Assembly (NCBI GenBank): GCA_964188305.1
Contig: OZ076901.1
DNA length: 64,000 nt
From: Podarcis bocagei
Taxonomy: Eukaryota
Direction: 5' to 3' (one strand)
Shown here: one piece after another, positions 47,101 to 60,300 of the stretch
Position numbering within the stretch: position 1 is the stretch's first letter
How the letters are laid out: every line of letters starts with the position of its first letter
Program-made: the position numbers and the translations under genes
The notes under the pieces: model-generated
Told to the model about the DNA's origin: nothing
The model's database searches: none
The model's input: only the letters and a program-made list of their open reading frames with translations

Positions 47101-50100
47101 CTGTTATTATTAGCATTATAATTTATTACCCATCTTCATTGCAGCTATTAAAACACGATGTTAAAAATAATTTAAAACAACTTAAAATTACAGAAATAAT
47201 GCGTGTCCTAAAATGTACACCTCAGGTGTCAAAAGCCGGGATGAAGAGCCTCAGAAAATGGGGAAGTCTGAAGACAATAATGCCAAAAGATATGAGAAGG
47301 GTGAGGGAAAGCCCTTCCCAACTGACACTTTCTGCAGGAAGGGACAGCACCCAAACTGGAGTCATGACTTGTGGGGGCTATAAAGCAGTGTAGCCTACTT
47401 ATTCCCCATCTCTTTTCCTTGGGCTGCCTGGCTTCTGCTCTAGCACAGACCCGTATCATAGCCCCAGCTTCTTAAGTAGGTAGGAAGCAGGCTCCCTGTT
47501 GCAATGCTGCTGCTACTGCAAAGGCTGTTCTTTCTGGAGCTTCTCTGTCAGTTAGGTTCATTGCTGCTTCATCTAATATAGAAGGTGCTGCATTTTCCTC
47601 TTGGCTCCTGAAGGAGAAACAAAAAGCCAAGGTATGTTGAGGGAATGCTTTTACATTGAAACTGATAAATCCTCTAAGTGCTGGCACAAATAGATCCTTG
47701 TCTCATGCACCTGTTTCTCTGGTAACTTGGACTGGCTTTCTTCAGCAAATCTATGGCCTGCTTAAACATGGAGTGCTTCTGGTCTGTCTGCAAAGCTCAG
47801 CTTGGGCCATGTTGTTTTTCTAAACCCTCCCAAAGCCTTACAGACTTGCAATCTCTTTTTCCATTTCTAACTTACTTGGGGGGGGGGGTCAGCATGATAT
47901 ATACTCAACCATTTTGTAATCCCAATTGACTTTATTTTCCTGTTGGGTCACTCAGATAGGGTGGAGAGCCTTCTACAGTTGTCCTGTTTTAAAGCTTAAG
48001 GAACATAGCTAGATGGGTTCCACTTTTGTCTCAGTTGTAAGAAGAAACAACAGACCCTGGGAGTGATTTGAGTTTTCTTGGGGGGGGGGGGAATCCTGTA
48101 CAAATTACCCAGATTTGCATAAGGTGATTTGCATTAGGAAAAAAATCAGTTGGAACCAGAAAATTTTCTGATGCCATAGAGACTAATCAAATTCAGCATG
48201 TCTGTTTTACTTGTGTTTAGTAAGCAAAGCTAAAAATGTTGAAACTGTCAATCTTGCCTAATGTTTTGTTCGCAGTTGGCATCTGTTCATTGTTAATAGT
48301 GAACTTATGAAACGGAAGAGTTTCTGTGGAAAAATAAAAGCACTGGGAATTTTTCCACCTTAAATCACTGGCTCCTGAGTCATCGTTCACTAGATTCCCA
48401 CTGGAGATGCTTGTGGGTAGGGATGGAGGAATTGTCTCTTACAAGGGAAAGAAGGGAGACTCTTTTCAAGCCTGGTGACTTGAGTGGCTGCAGAAAAAGG
48501 CTTTGAGATCCAGGAGTGCAACGTCCGTATACTCAGACCATGAAGCTGTTGACTAATTAAAAGAAAATTGCAGCTTCACCCAATCCATGGCTATGTTCGC
48601 TTCACCCAATACAGGAATTATTATATAAGGCCCCTTGAAAGTGAAAGAATCTGTCACATCAGACAGAAGCTGATGAATCTCCATTTTCATATTTTGTAAA
48701 AGAGGGTGTTTGGCCCTCTAACCTACTGCTGAGTGAATGGCACATTAAACTGTTATATGCAGAGCTTAGCAGGGATGACTACTAGAATAAGAAACCAAAA
48801 TGGCAAAATCTATAAAGAGGACTAGATGTTGTTTATGGAATATATGGGAAAGTACTATAAGTAAACAATTTACCTAGCAGGATGGGAAGATTTTCAGCAG
48901 AGTAAGAAATAATAAAGTATATAAAAGTTGTTGCGATAGACAAGGTGAACTGAAAAAACATGAGAAAAGGGGGATATAAGGAACCATGGAAGGAAAGGTT
49001 AGGTCAAGGAATGTTTTCTGGGTTGGGTTTTTTTGGAGGGATTGTTTTGTTTTGTTTTTGGTCTATTGTCTATTTCTCACCAGCTGATCAGATAGAGGGG
49101 AACTGACATGTTTGTGATGTTTTCATACATACACCACCACGGGCAGTGGGATAGTGCCATAGGGAAGCTGCTTCCCACACAGCTTGGTATAAATAAGAAG
49201 GCGGCAACTCTGGTGCACTTGTAATATACAAGCTTAAGAGAAAGAGTCTTTCCAAAAGGATCTCTGTGAGATAAGGTCATAGTATTTAACAACCTACACC
49301 AATGAAATCATGCAAAAAATATATAATGGGGTTGTATATTACAGAGCTTAGGTGTGGGATGCTTAATGGTAAAGAGGAAAAATATCAAACTTTCACTTTG
49401 GGATCATTTTGTACCCAGTAGAATAAGAAGAAGACTTATGCATAAAAATGATTATGTTCAAGTTGGTTGACAAGGCTCTCAAGGAAAGATTTCTATATGG
49501 TCTGGCCAAATGCTGTATCATAATTTATATAACAGTTTAAATATATGCCCTTACATTGCATTCTTCAATTGCTCAAACACCTATCTATCCCATTCTTAAT
49601 TTAGAAATCTGCAACTAGACTTAAGGTTCTGCTTCTTGGTGGCTGGCGATCAAAACAGAAAAGAGTTCAGTGGCTGAGCATGGAACAGTACCGCAGGCCA
49701 GAAATTCAGTGAGATGCGGTTGTGATCCAGAATTTGTTGCTTGGAGGGATTAAGATGAGTTGCTGAAATATGAAGGCACAAAGTGTTGTTGAAGTGTTTT
49801 GAGACAGAGCTGAGAACTGGGATACCCAGATTTCATCCCTAGGTAGTCTGGAATTGCTTTGCCTTTCTGCCTCCCTCTCTTCCTCATTAAGTTGGACTCA
49901 CAACAGCAGGAAATCATTGCAAAGAGTGGCTGGAGGATTACAGCCTTGGATCTTTTTGAACTGCCTCCCTTGGAGCTGTTAGAGCCCAACTTTGGCTTTC
50001 CAGCTGTTAGTCAAGGCTGCTGTTCCTTTCAGGATGCCTGAGACTGATGTGCTTGCTTTCTAGGAAGGGGGAAGTGGAAGAATTGAAGCTTTGGTCACAT

Positions 50101-50768
50101 GCCCAAACTTCTCTCCCTGCTTGCTTGTCCATGGATCTTTCTCCCAGCTTAGTAGCTACAAAGGCTACCCTTGTGCTTTGCAGAGCAGTCTCTGTTGATA
50201 TTAACCAGCTGTAATTTTCGGCCAGCTCTGTAGAGGAAGCCTCAGTCCTTCCTCAGCCGAACATTGTTTACTTCTTGCAGGGAGCCCCACGTGTCCAAGG
50301 GGAGTGGCTGGCAGAGGAGATATGATGAAGCTGCTGCTCTTTGCAGTGCTGTGTGCAAAACCAGGGCCTGTGAGTGATGCGCTTTCACCACAGCAATTCT
50401 CTTTACGCAGCTCTGCTTGATTCAGCTCAGATGCAGAGGCTGCAGCTGAATTTATCTTTCATGAAATATTCTGCTTTAGAGAAATCTGCAGGCATGTTCC
50501 CTGCTTTTCTGTACACATCCTACCCCTCCCTCCTGCCAATGCTAGTAAGAGAATTTGCTGCTTGACGTAATGCTGAAAAACAAGCCACCTCTTTGCAGTC
50601 CAGTGTTGTGAATGTTGAAGAAAGGCAGCCAAAAAGCAGCTGTTCCTCAAGTTGCTTTTCTAGAACTGACTTCCAGCAGATGACTCTCATCTTGAATCAG
50701 CTGTTCCTAGCTATGGCCTGTAGCACAGCTATTCCCAGAATTAATGTTTCTTCCTATATCAAGTACAC

Positions 50769-50835
<67 letters not shown>

Positions 50836-53800
50836 GTATGCTTGTGCACATACCCTTAGGTGGCAATGGAATGATCTGCATTCCCTGGGAATAACAGATT
50901 GCAAGGGTGACCTGCTATAGTTTAAACATGGAGAACTGAAAGCAACACCTGTGGTTCTGGGCAAAGCCAGGGTACTCCATTTACCCCCAAAAAGTATGCT
51001 GAAGGAGTGCACACACAAAAATGAAGTCTGGTCCTCTGGATGACCTTGAGTTAAGTGATCACCATAAGCCTCCAGGCTTGATAGCTGTAAAGAGCTTGGA
51101 ATACAGTGGTACCTCGGGTTAAGTACTTAATTCGTTCCAGAGGTCCGTTCTTAACCTGAAACTGTTCTTAACCTGAAGCACCACTTTAGCTAATTGGGCC
51201 TCCGGCTGCCACCACGCCGCCGGAGCACGATTTCTGTTCTCATCCTGAAGCAAAGTTCTTAACCCGAGGTACTATTTCTGGGTTTGCGGAGTCTGTAACC
51301 TGAAGCGTATGTAACCTGAGGTACCACTGTATGAGTCAAAGGCTGCTACAGGTGCCTCCTCCTCTCTTTCTTTCATTGGGGGTGTAGTTCCAGCCCTCCT
51401 CCTGTCAGACCTATCAGGCAGGAATGGCACTTCCAGTTTAGGCTATCCGGGTCCTGCTGCCATAGTGGCTTCTTTCTGCTTGAGGTAGAGGGGACCCTCC
51501 TGCCACTTCACCCTGTGTATGGTGTTCTGCTTGGAATGGTTGCCAGCGGTGAACTCTTCCCATCCAGTTTGAATCCTGCAGTTGATTCTTCCATTAAGGT
51601 TTATGGGGGAAGTAAAATGCCTGCAACTGGGACCACACATGAGCAGAGCCAGCAAGGTTTGTCAGCCGCCTTATTTGTCCCAAAGCACACCTCTTTCCAT
51701 TCAGATAATTGAACAGTTGCCACTTCCTGCTTAGGGAGCTACACTTGGGGAAAGGAGGATCTTTGTCGCAGTTGGTACAGGGATTTCCCTGCTATACTGA
51801 CCTTGGGTGGCCTGTCTCATTTTTGGCAGATGGCAGAAGGATATGCTGTGTTTCCCCAAAGGACCCTGCCCGGCACAGTGTCACGCATTTTGGAAATAAA
51901 CAATAGACTGATGTTGTTACTCAAGATGCCGGCAGTTATCAGTGTTTAATGTCACAGGCAAGTAGAGGAGTTCCCCCACCCCTGAAATTTGGGAGAACTA
52001 GCACCTGCAGGATGGGATGGCTGGTGTCCTTTTAGCTTCAGGTTAAAGCCACAATAATTGGATCTAGTCTGGCATAATAGTAACTGGCAGTCATTTAGAT
52101 GCTCCTGGGAACCCACATGCAAGAAGCAGCTCCACCCCCCTCCCTCTTGATTGTTTCTCAGCATCTGGCATCCAGGGACACAGAGGTTCCATTTTAGCCA
52201 TCCTGACTAGTAGCTGTTGATAAGCCTTCCCTCCTCAATGAGTTTGTATGATCCTGTTTAGGATGTGGCCAACACCATACCTTGTGGCTGTGAGTTTGAT
52301 CATTTAGTTCTGTGCTGGTGAGCATAAGTGGTTACTGTAGAAGAGGAGTGTGGCTGCCATGTGGTCCATGCAGCAGAAGTGGCCATAGGCCAGTGATCGT
52401 CGGATAGCCTTTCCAGAGAGGGCAGCCTCTGTGTGGTGCTTTTCAGTTTCATTCATGCGTTTTCATGTCCTGCCCTTCAGTCCTAGATTTTATCCAGCAT
52501 TTCCCTTGTGGCTTGTAAGACACAGTTTCATTATCATATATAGCTGAGTGCGCATTAAGAACACAAAAAGAGCCCTGCAGCTGGATCAGACCAAAGGCTC
52601 ATCTAAAACATCAATTCTTACAGGGGCCAACTAGATTCTTATGCAAAGTCCATCAGGAAGCAGGACATAAGCGCAGCAGCAGCACTCTCTTCACTCTCTT
52701 CAGCTGCCCAGACACTAGTATTCAAAAGTATGCTGATTCCTATACTGGAAGTAGTCTACAGCAGTGTTTCCCAACCGGTGTTCCCCGGCACACGAGTGTG
52801 CCGTGAGACACCGGCTGGTGTGCCGCGAGATGCCTGGAGGGAGGCGGGCGAGTCGGGCGGCGAGAGGCGGGGCGGGGGCGGCGAGGAGAGGCCGCGCCTC
52901 CTGCTGCTGCCTGGCGCTCCTCCTCGCAGCCGGCAGCGCTGCCTGGGCGCCTCCGCGCGACTCTGTCTCGCTGGGTTTGGTCTCCCAGCAGAGACGGGTC
53001 ACACGCGCCCCTCCCTCCCTCCCTCAGCCTGCGCGGAGGCGGATTGAGTGCAGCTGAGAGCAGCTGCCGAGGGAAAAAACGTTCACTTTTGTGCGTCCCT
53101 CCCGGCGTGACGCTGCGCGCTGACGTCACGGGGCGGGGCTTTAATGGTGGTGTGCCGCGAGATTTTTTTTTAGTACACAGGTGTGCCGTTGCCCAAAAAC
53201 GTTTGGGAAACACTGGTCTACAGCCATCATGACCAGTAGCCACTGATAGCCTTACATTGGTGGTACTCTAGCACCCCACCCCCACCCTGTGGGGCTTGTT
53301 ACTACTTATTTTCATCCTCCACTTACCTGGGACCAAGCAATCAGCATTGCTGTAGATATTTCTAGTCTATTAAACTGCCTCTCTCTCTCTTTTGCAGGAT
53401 GAGCAGTTCATAGGCTTTGGTTCAGATGATGAGGCCAAAGGACAAAGTCCCACCAAATCTCCCACAGGTATGTTCAGTTTGCTACTGTCTTGTCAGGTTC
53501 ATGGGAGTTTTTTCTTAAAACGGTCTATATGGGCCTGTTCTGAAGACTGCACTAATGCTGCAAACCGTTGAGGTAACACATGTTATCTCTCTCCACCTTA
53601 TCTGTAGGGATGTGACTAAGCTCTGCTACAGGGATGGGGGGCCTTTGGATTGCAAGGATTGATGGGTTGAGTACTTAAATAGGTGTCAAATCAAGTGCAT
53701 ATTGTATAATACCTCTCATTTGTCTTTAGCATGAGCAACGTTTTAAAAGTAAACAATGCAACAATACATAGTGGGCTTTCAATTTGGTTTATCCTGAATA

Positions 53801-56800
53801 CTATCCTTAGTCTACATTTTTGGAAAGAAACAAGTGGAACTGACCAACTAATCTCCAGAGCTACTAGCTTTCATGGTGGGGAAAACTTACAGTACTTTAA
53901 CAGTCAACTGGAGAGAAATCCTTTTCCTGTAGCAGAAGCTATTGGTTCCAGCAGTTAACAAGCATTATATATAATGCTTGTTTAAAAACTTTTGTTTTCT
54001 TTGGTTTCAGTAGCCTGTTTGCATATTGTGTGACTTTGAAACGCACACCCTTATTCCCATCTTGCAGAGAAGCTGAATGTGCACTTTCTTTCCCCTTCCT
54101 TCACTTTACCTGCAGCCTCAGCCAAGCCTAGCGCACGCAAACCTCGTGGGAGACCCCGAAACAGCTCAGACCGAAGTTCAGTTGTGCTCTCAGAGTCCTC
54201 ACCTGTGTATTCACCTTCAAGCAAACCAGAACCCATCTCCATGGAAAAATTAAAGAGGAAAGAATTGAAAAGTGCAGAAAAGCGACGAGGGAGGCCTCCT
54301 GCACTTAGCAGTGTGAAGTTCAAGATCACCCGCAAAGAGGTCATTCCAGATGCTCAGAAAGGAGGCAAGGAGGAAAAAGAGAATCTAAAGAAAATAAAGC
54401 GAGCGCCTTCCACTACATTTCAGCATGCTGCAAAAATTAAGAAACTAAGAGCAGGAAAACTCTCTCCACTGAAGTCTAAATTCAAATCTGGAAAGCTCCA
54501 GATTGGAAGAAAAGGGGTTCAGATTGTACGCAGGAGAGGAAGGCCACCATCTTCTGATCGCTTGAAGACCGCACCGGCTCTAGTTGTGAGTTCTCCGTTA
54601 GAGAAGGCCCAGAAGGTGCGAAAGGAGAAAGATGGAGTCTCGCCCCTGTCGAAGGATGAGAAGCCAGCTGTGAGGCAGAGCCCCCGCAGGCCTGTGAGGA
54701 TCATCCCTTCCTCCAAGAGGACGGATGCTACGATTGCCAAGCAACTCTTGCAGAGGGCTAAAAAGGGGGCCCAGAAGAAGATCGAGAAAGAAGCAGCAAA
54801 GCTTCAAGGCCGGAAGGGGAGGACGCAGCTCAAAAACATCCGGCAGTTCATCATGCCAGTGGTGAGTGCGATCTCTTCGCGGATCATTAAAACTCCCAAG
54901 CGCTTCATTGAAGATGAAGACTATGATCCACCAATCAAAATAGCCCGTCCGGAATCCACACCAAATAGCCGCTTCAGTGCTCCCTCTTGTGGGTCCAGTG
55001 AGAAGTCCAGCGGCGCCTCTCAGCACTCCTCTCAGGTGTCTTCAGATTCCTCACGGTCCAGCAGTCCCAGTGTTGACACGTCCACAGATTCTCAGGCCTC
55101 TGAAGAGATGCAGGCCTTATCTGAAGAACGCAGCAATACTCCAGAAGTTCACCCTCCGTTGCCCACATCCCCTTCCCCTGATAACGAGAGTGGTGAGAGG
55201 AGGAGGAGGAGGTTTTCTATGGCAGAGAGAAATTTTGTGCCCAAAGCAGCTAAAAAACTGCCCAGCCTCCAAAGTGTGTCCCAGCAGCAGCAGTCATCGT
55301 CTTCCTCTCCTCCTCCACCGCTCCTCACCCCACCGCCACCACTCCAGCCAGCTGCCGGCATTTCAGACCATGCCCCTTGGCTTATGCCCCCCACCATCCC
55401 TTTGGCATCGCCCTTTCTGCCCTCCTCAGCTGCTCCCATGCAAGAAAAGCGGAAGTCGATTCTTCGAGAGCCAACATTCCGTTGGACCTCTCTAAAGCAC
55501 TCTCGGTCCGAACCCCAGTACTTTTCCTCAGCCAAGTATGCCAAAGAAGGTCTCATCCGCAAGCCCATCTTTGATAACTTCAGGCCTCCTCCGCTGACCC
55601 CTGAGGATGTTGGCTTTGCCTCTGGTTTTTCAACACCTGGAGCTGCAGCTCCAGCCCGCTTGTTTTCTCCTCTTCACTCTGGAACAAGATTCGACCTACA
55701 CAAAAGGAGCCCCTTGCTACGAGCTCCAAGGTTCACCCCAAGTGAGGCCCACTCACGCATCTTTGAGTCTGTAACTTTGCCTTCTTCTGTTAGTCGATCG
55801 GCAGCAGGAAGCACTGCAGCAGCATCCTCTTCGAAGAAGCGGAAGAAGAGAGGGTTCAGCCCAATTCGATCAGAACCCAGATCTCCTTCGCACTCCATGA
55901 GGACGAGAAGTGGAAGACTAAGCACCTCTGACCTGTCCACTCTCACTCCATCCTCATCAGTTTCTTCCTCGCTGACAAGCATTCCTGTGGGTTCCCTTAC
56001 CACCAGTGCCTTAAACTCCACTTTTACTTTTCCATCCCATTCTCTCTCCCATCCTGGGGAGTCGGCAGAGAAAAGCCAGAGACCGAGGAAGCAGGCAAGC
56101 ATTCCGGCTGAGCCTTTCTCATCCGGGAGCCCCACTCCCCTCTTTCCATGGTTCACACCAAGTCCCCAAACGGAGAGAGGCAAGAACAGAGACAAAGCCT
56201 CCAGTGAGGAACCATCCAAAGATAAAGAAAGTGACAAAGGTCTTGAGAAGGAAAAGAGCAGAGAGAGGGATAGAGAGAGGGAGAAAGAGAATAAGCGGGA
56301 GTCCAGGAAAGAGAAAAGGAAAAAGGCTCCAGAGATTCAGAGCAGCTCAACTTTGTTCCCACTGACTCGAGTTTCCAAAGGAAAAGTCGTCCGTGAAGAT
56401 GTAGCCATTTCCTCTTCTGCCAAAAAAACTGCAGGCCGGAAGAAATTGGCGGCTGCTGATCCAGCAGCAGATGTGCCTGCTGTGGTTCTTGTAGACTCAG
56501 CAGCAGCCATCATCAAGACCAAACTGCCCAAGAAAGGCCGAGGGGGGTTAGAGAAATCCAGTCTGGAACTTGGATTGGCTGCTCCTTCCATGGAAAAGGA
56601 AGAATCCCTGCGTCTCCCAGCTGCTGCTTCAGTCAACATTGTGAAACATTCCTCCATCAGCTCAGTGCTGGCTCATGCAGACAAACTTCCAATGACTGAC
56701 AAGAGGGTGGCCAGCCTCCTCAAGAAAGCAAAAGCCCAGCTGTATAAGATTGAGAAGAGCAAGTCCCTGAAGCAGGTGGATCAGCCAAAAGGACAGGTAT

Positions 56801-57234
56801 TTACCCCCAAAGTAGTGGTTTGAAAAAGAGGTAGCACATAAAGGGAAATAACTACGACAATAGAAGGCCATTCAGTGCCTGGCTGGCACCGTGAGGGGGA
56901 GGCCAAAGCTCTTGACATAAGTGGCCTGAGTAGGTGCAGCATCTCAGGTTTCTAGGTCCTTGTAAGCAAACCAGAGCGTGACCTCAGATCATCATTTAGC
57001 TGCCTCTGCTTTGGAGTCACAGTTCCCACTGAGGTGTCCTTTTGAAGCTTCCTGTTGCCTTGATCTCATGTCTTGCCCATCCCAAGGGAAAGCAATGGCT
57101 CCTTTTTGAATTACTGGTGAGAGTTTTCTCACTGCAGCCTTTTACCTTCATGCTGTATTGTTTTTAACATTCGATTGGGAGCCGCCCAGAGTTGCTGGGG
57201 AAACTCAGCCAGATGGGCGGGGTATAAATAATAA

Positions 57235-57284
<50 letters not shown>

Positions 57285-57333
57285 TGCTTCCACTTACCTT
57301 TTACCAAAGACTATCTCAACCCACCCTGGCCAG

Positions 57334-57374
<41 letters not shown>

Positions 57375-60300
57375 TACACAACAGCCAAGGGATGCATGGC
57401 AGTTACCAGATGTCTCCCCAAAGCTGTTGCACTTTTCTAACAGGTGTAGGATTTGGTGGGCTTTTGGTCACGCATGAGGTGCATAACTAGCTGTTTGATG
57501 CATTTTATGTAAGTAGTGGCAGGAATTGTTCCTTTCTTTGCAAGTCTTAGCCTTAGCTAAGTATTTTTACACTTAAAATTTTACTGTTCATGGGGGGGGA
57601 CTACTTCTGATTTCTGCTGTGTCCTCCATTTGAAAACACATTTAGAGAAGGTTCAGAGATCTTTAACCTTCTGCTGGACAAACTGCTTTTACTTTTGAAC
57701 TTGAATCGCTCCCTGTGGGATGGTTGATTGTTTCTTAACAGCCTTTTCCTGTGTTCTTGCCCTGCTTGGAATTTAGGGTCAAGAGAGTGATTCTTCAGAG
57801 ACCTCTGTGCGAGGGCCACGCATAAAGCATGTTTGCAGAAGGGCAGCTGTAGCACTAGGCCGCAAGCGAGCCGTCTTTCCAGATGACATGCCCACTCTGA
57901 GTGCCTTACCATGGGAAGAACGAGAGAAGATACTGTCTTCCATGGGGAACGATGGTAAGTGTCTGAATTTATGCTGTTTTCTCCAAGGGTGCATCAGTGG
58001 CAAGGGAAGGTATGCGAGGCTGTAGGATGAAGGAGTTGTGTTTCTAGGAAATCTGGATGGGCCCCGCTGTGAAACTGTTCTGAGAAACCAGCGATGGCCA
58101 GCAAAGTCTGTTCTGTTGAGGACTCACTTCTCCTTTATTGATTGCTGAATTAATAGCTGGTCTTTCATTTCACAGACAAGTCCTCAGTTGCAGGTTCAGA
58201 AGATGCCGAGCCCCTTGCACCTCCCATCAAACCTATCAAGCCAGTTACCAGAAACAAGGCCCCCCAGGAGCCCCCTGTGAAGAAAGGCAGGCGGTCAAGG
58301 CGCTGTGGGCAGTGCCCAGGCTGCCAGGTCCCAGAGGACTGTGGTGTCTGCACAAATTGCCTGGATAAGCCAAAGTTTGGTGGGCGGAACATCAAGAAGC
58401 AGTGCTGCAAGTAAGTGTGTGGGTGTGAAGCCCACCCCTGCCCTCCCGTTGCTCTGGGAATAAGGCCCTCCGTTGTTGGTTTATGGTGCTTCTACCCTGT
58501 TTCCTATAAAATATTTAGCCAGAGGAAGATCCTTTCACTTGCATCAAAGAAGAGCTAAGGAGCAGAAGACTAGTGACTTTGTCATCCTCTGAGCTTGGCT
58601 GCTGCCTTTCCTTCCTCTTGGAGTTCAAAGTGGCAGTTGGGGGCTCTCAAGAGAGTGGCAGGGAAATGGACAGGGTTGGGTGGGGCAGTGGAGAGATCTA
58701 CCTCCTCTTTTCTTCAGCCTTTTCAGATTTTGGATTTACCCTGCTGTGTATTCTGCTGAACGTGAAAACTAAAGTGTAGTGTGGAGAGTTGATCCCCTGG
58801 GTGAATATGTGCCACAGCATGCTTCCTCTGAGCAGCCTTCCTCACAGTGGCTTGGCCAAACCTCAGAGCAAGGTTTCAGATCTTAAACAAAGAGGGAGAA
58901 CAGTTATCTTCTTCGCATCTTGAAAGTAAGGCTTTTTGAAGATGCTTCAAAAGTAGTTGCTTTTCGGGATAGCAGAAAGGCTGACATAGCAGAGATGGTG
59001 CTGCTGGGGCGATCTTTCTCATCCTTTTAGCCAGATTGGTCTGCCATTGATCTCGAACTTTGGCATGGCTCCAAAGCAGATATCTTTCCACTTGAGATGC
59101 AGCAGCCTGCAACATGCCTGGGAATCCAAAGGCTTGTTTGTGACGGGTGATGCATATTGCCATCTCCTTCCTTTATTCCCCCCTAGGATGAGGAAGTGTC
59201 AGAATTTGCAGTGGATGCCATCAAAAGCCTATCTCCAGAAGCAAGCCAAAGGTAGGTGCCTTTTTTTCCTTATTTCTATTGTGATGGGGAGAGAAAGGCA
59301 TAGTTAACAGCTGCAGAGTCTTTGCTTCAGCCTCAGCCTCAGCTCCATCTAGGCAGTGTGGGCAGGCTGGCGTATCCTTAGGCACCACCCTCCCCTCTGG
59401 CTGTCGGTCACTTGGGGGAGGCCAGTGCCATAGGCTGTGCTATCAGTCATTGCACCTGAGGTGCTGCTTTTGCTTTACAGCTGTGAAAAAGAAAGAGAAG
59501 AAATCCAAGTCCAGTGAAAAGAAAGAGATCCATGCTGGGAAGAGCCAGCCAGAGGCTGGACAGAAAGCAGCTGCTCCTCAGCTCACCTTGGCGAAAGAGG
59601 ATCATGCCTCCAAAAGGGGCAGTGAACCTGCCCGGAAGCCCAGTGAGGAGAAGAGTGAGGAGGGCCCACCACCACTGACTCCGCCTCCCCCAGACACCAA
59701 GCAGGCCCCTCCCCCTGCAGCCCGGAAGGCTGGCAAGCAGCAGGCACCGCCCCCCACGCAGGTGCCTCCCACCCCACCGCCTAGTACAGGCCCACCAAAA
59801 AAGGAAGCCCCCAAAACCATCCCTGCTGAGCCCAAGAAGAAGGCAGCTCCACCACCAGAAGTGGGTAGGTATTCAATTGCAGCAAAGGTAGTTGTTAGCT
59901 GCCTCTGCAAAGTCAAGCAGCCCACCTCTGGACTCCATGGAAGAGATGTGACCACATCTTCTGTACTAATTGGGCTCCTAAGTGGGTCAGGAAAGAGCAG
60001 CCTTGGACACACCTGGGCAGGTTAGCAAGTGTGTGGCGAGCTGCAGGAAATCCTATAGTGCCCACTCCTCCCTAACAAATTGGAATTGCTAGTTCACTGT
60101 GTTTTGTTTTCAGCTTTCCACAACAGCGTCTTAAGAAGTTGCTGTTGTCTCCTTAAGTCCCCAAATTCTGTTTGACTGCTAGAAGCAACTCTTGGCTTTT
60201 AACAAACTGCATTTGTACTTTTCCTAGGGATCGAGCAAAGCAGACAGAAGAAAATAACTCCTCGTCCAAGCTTACCAGTGAAACAGAAGCCAAAAGAAAA

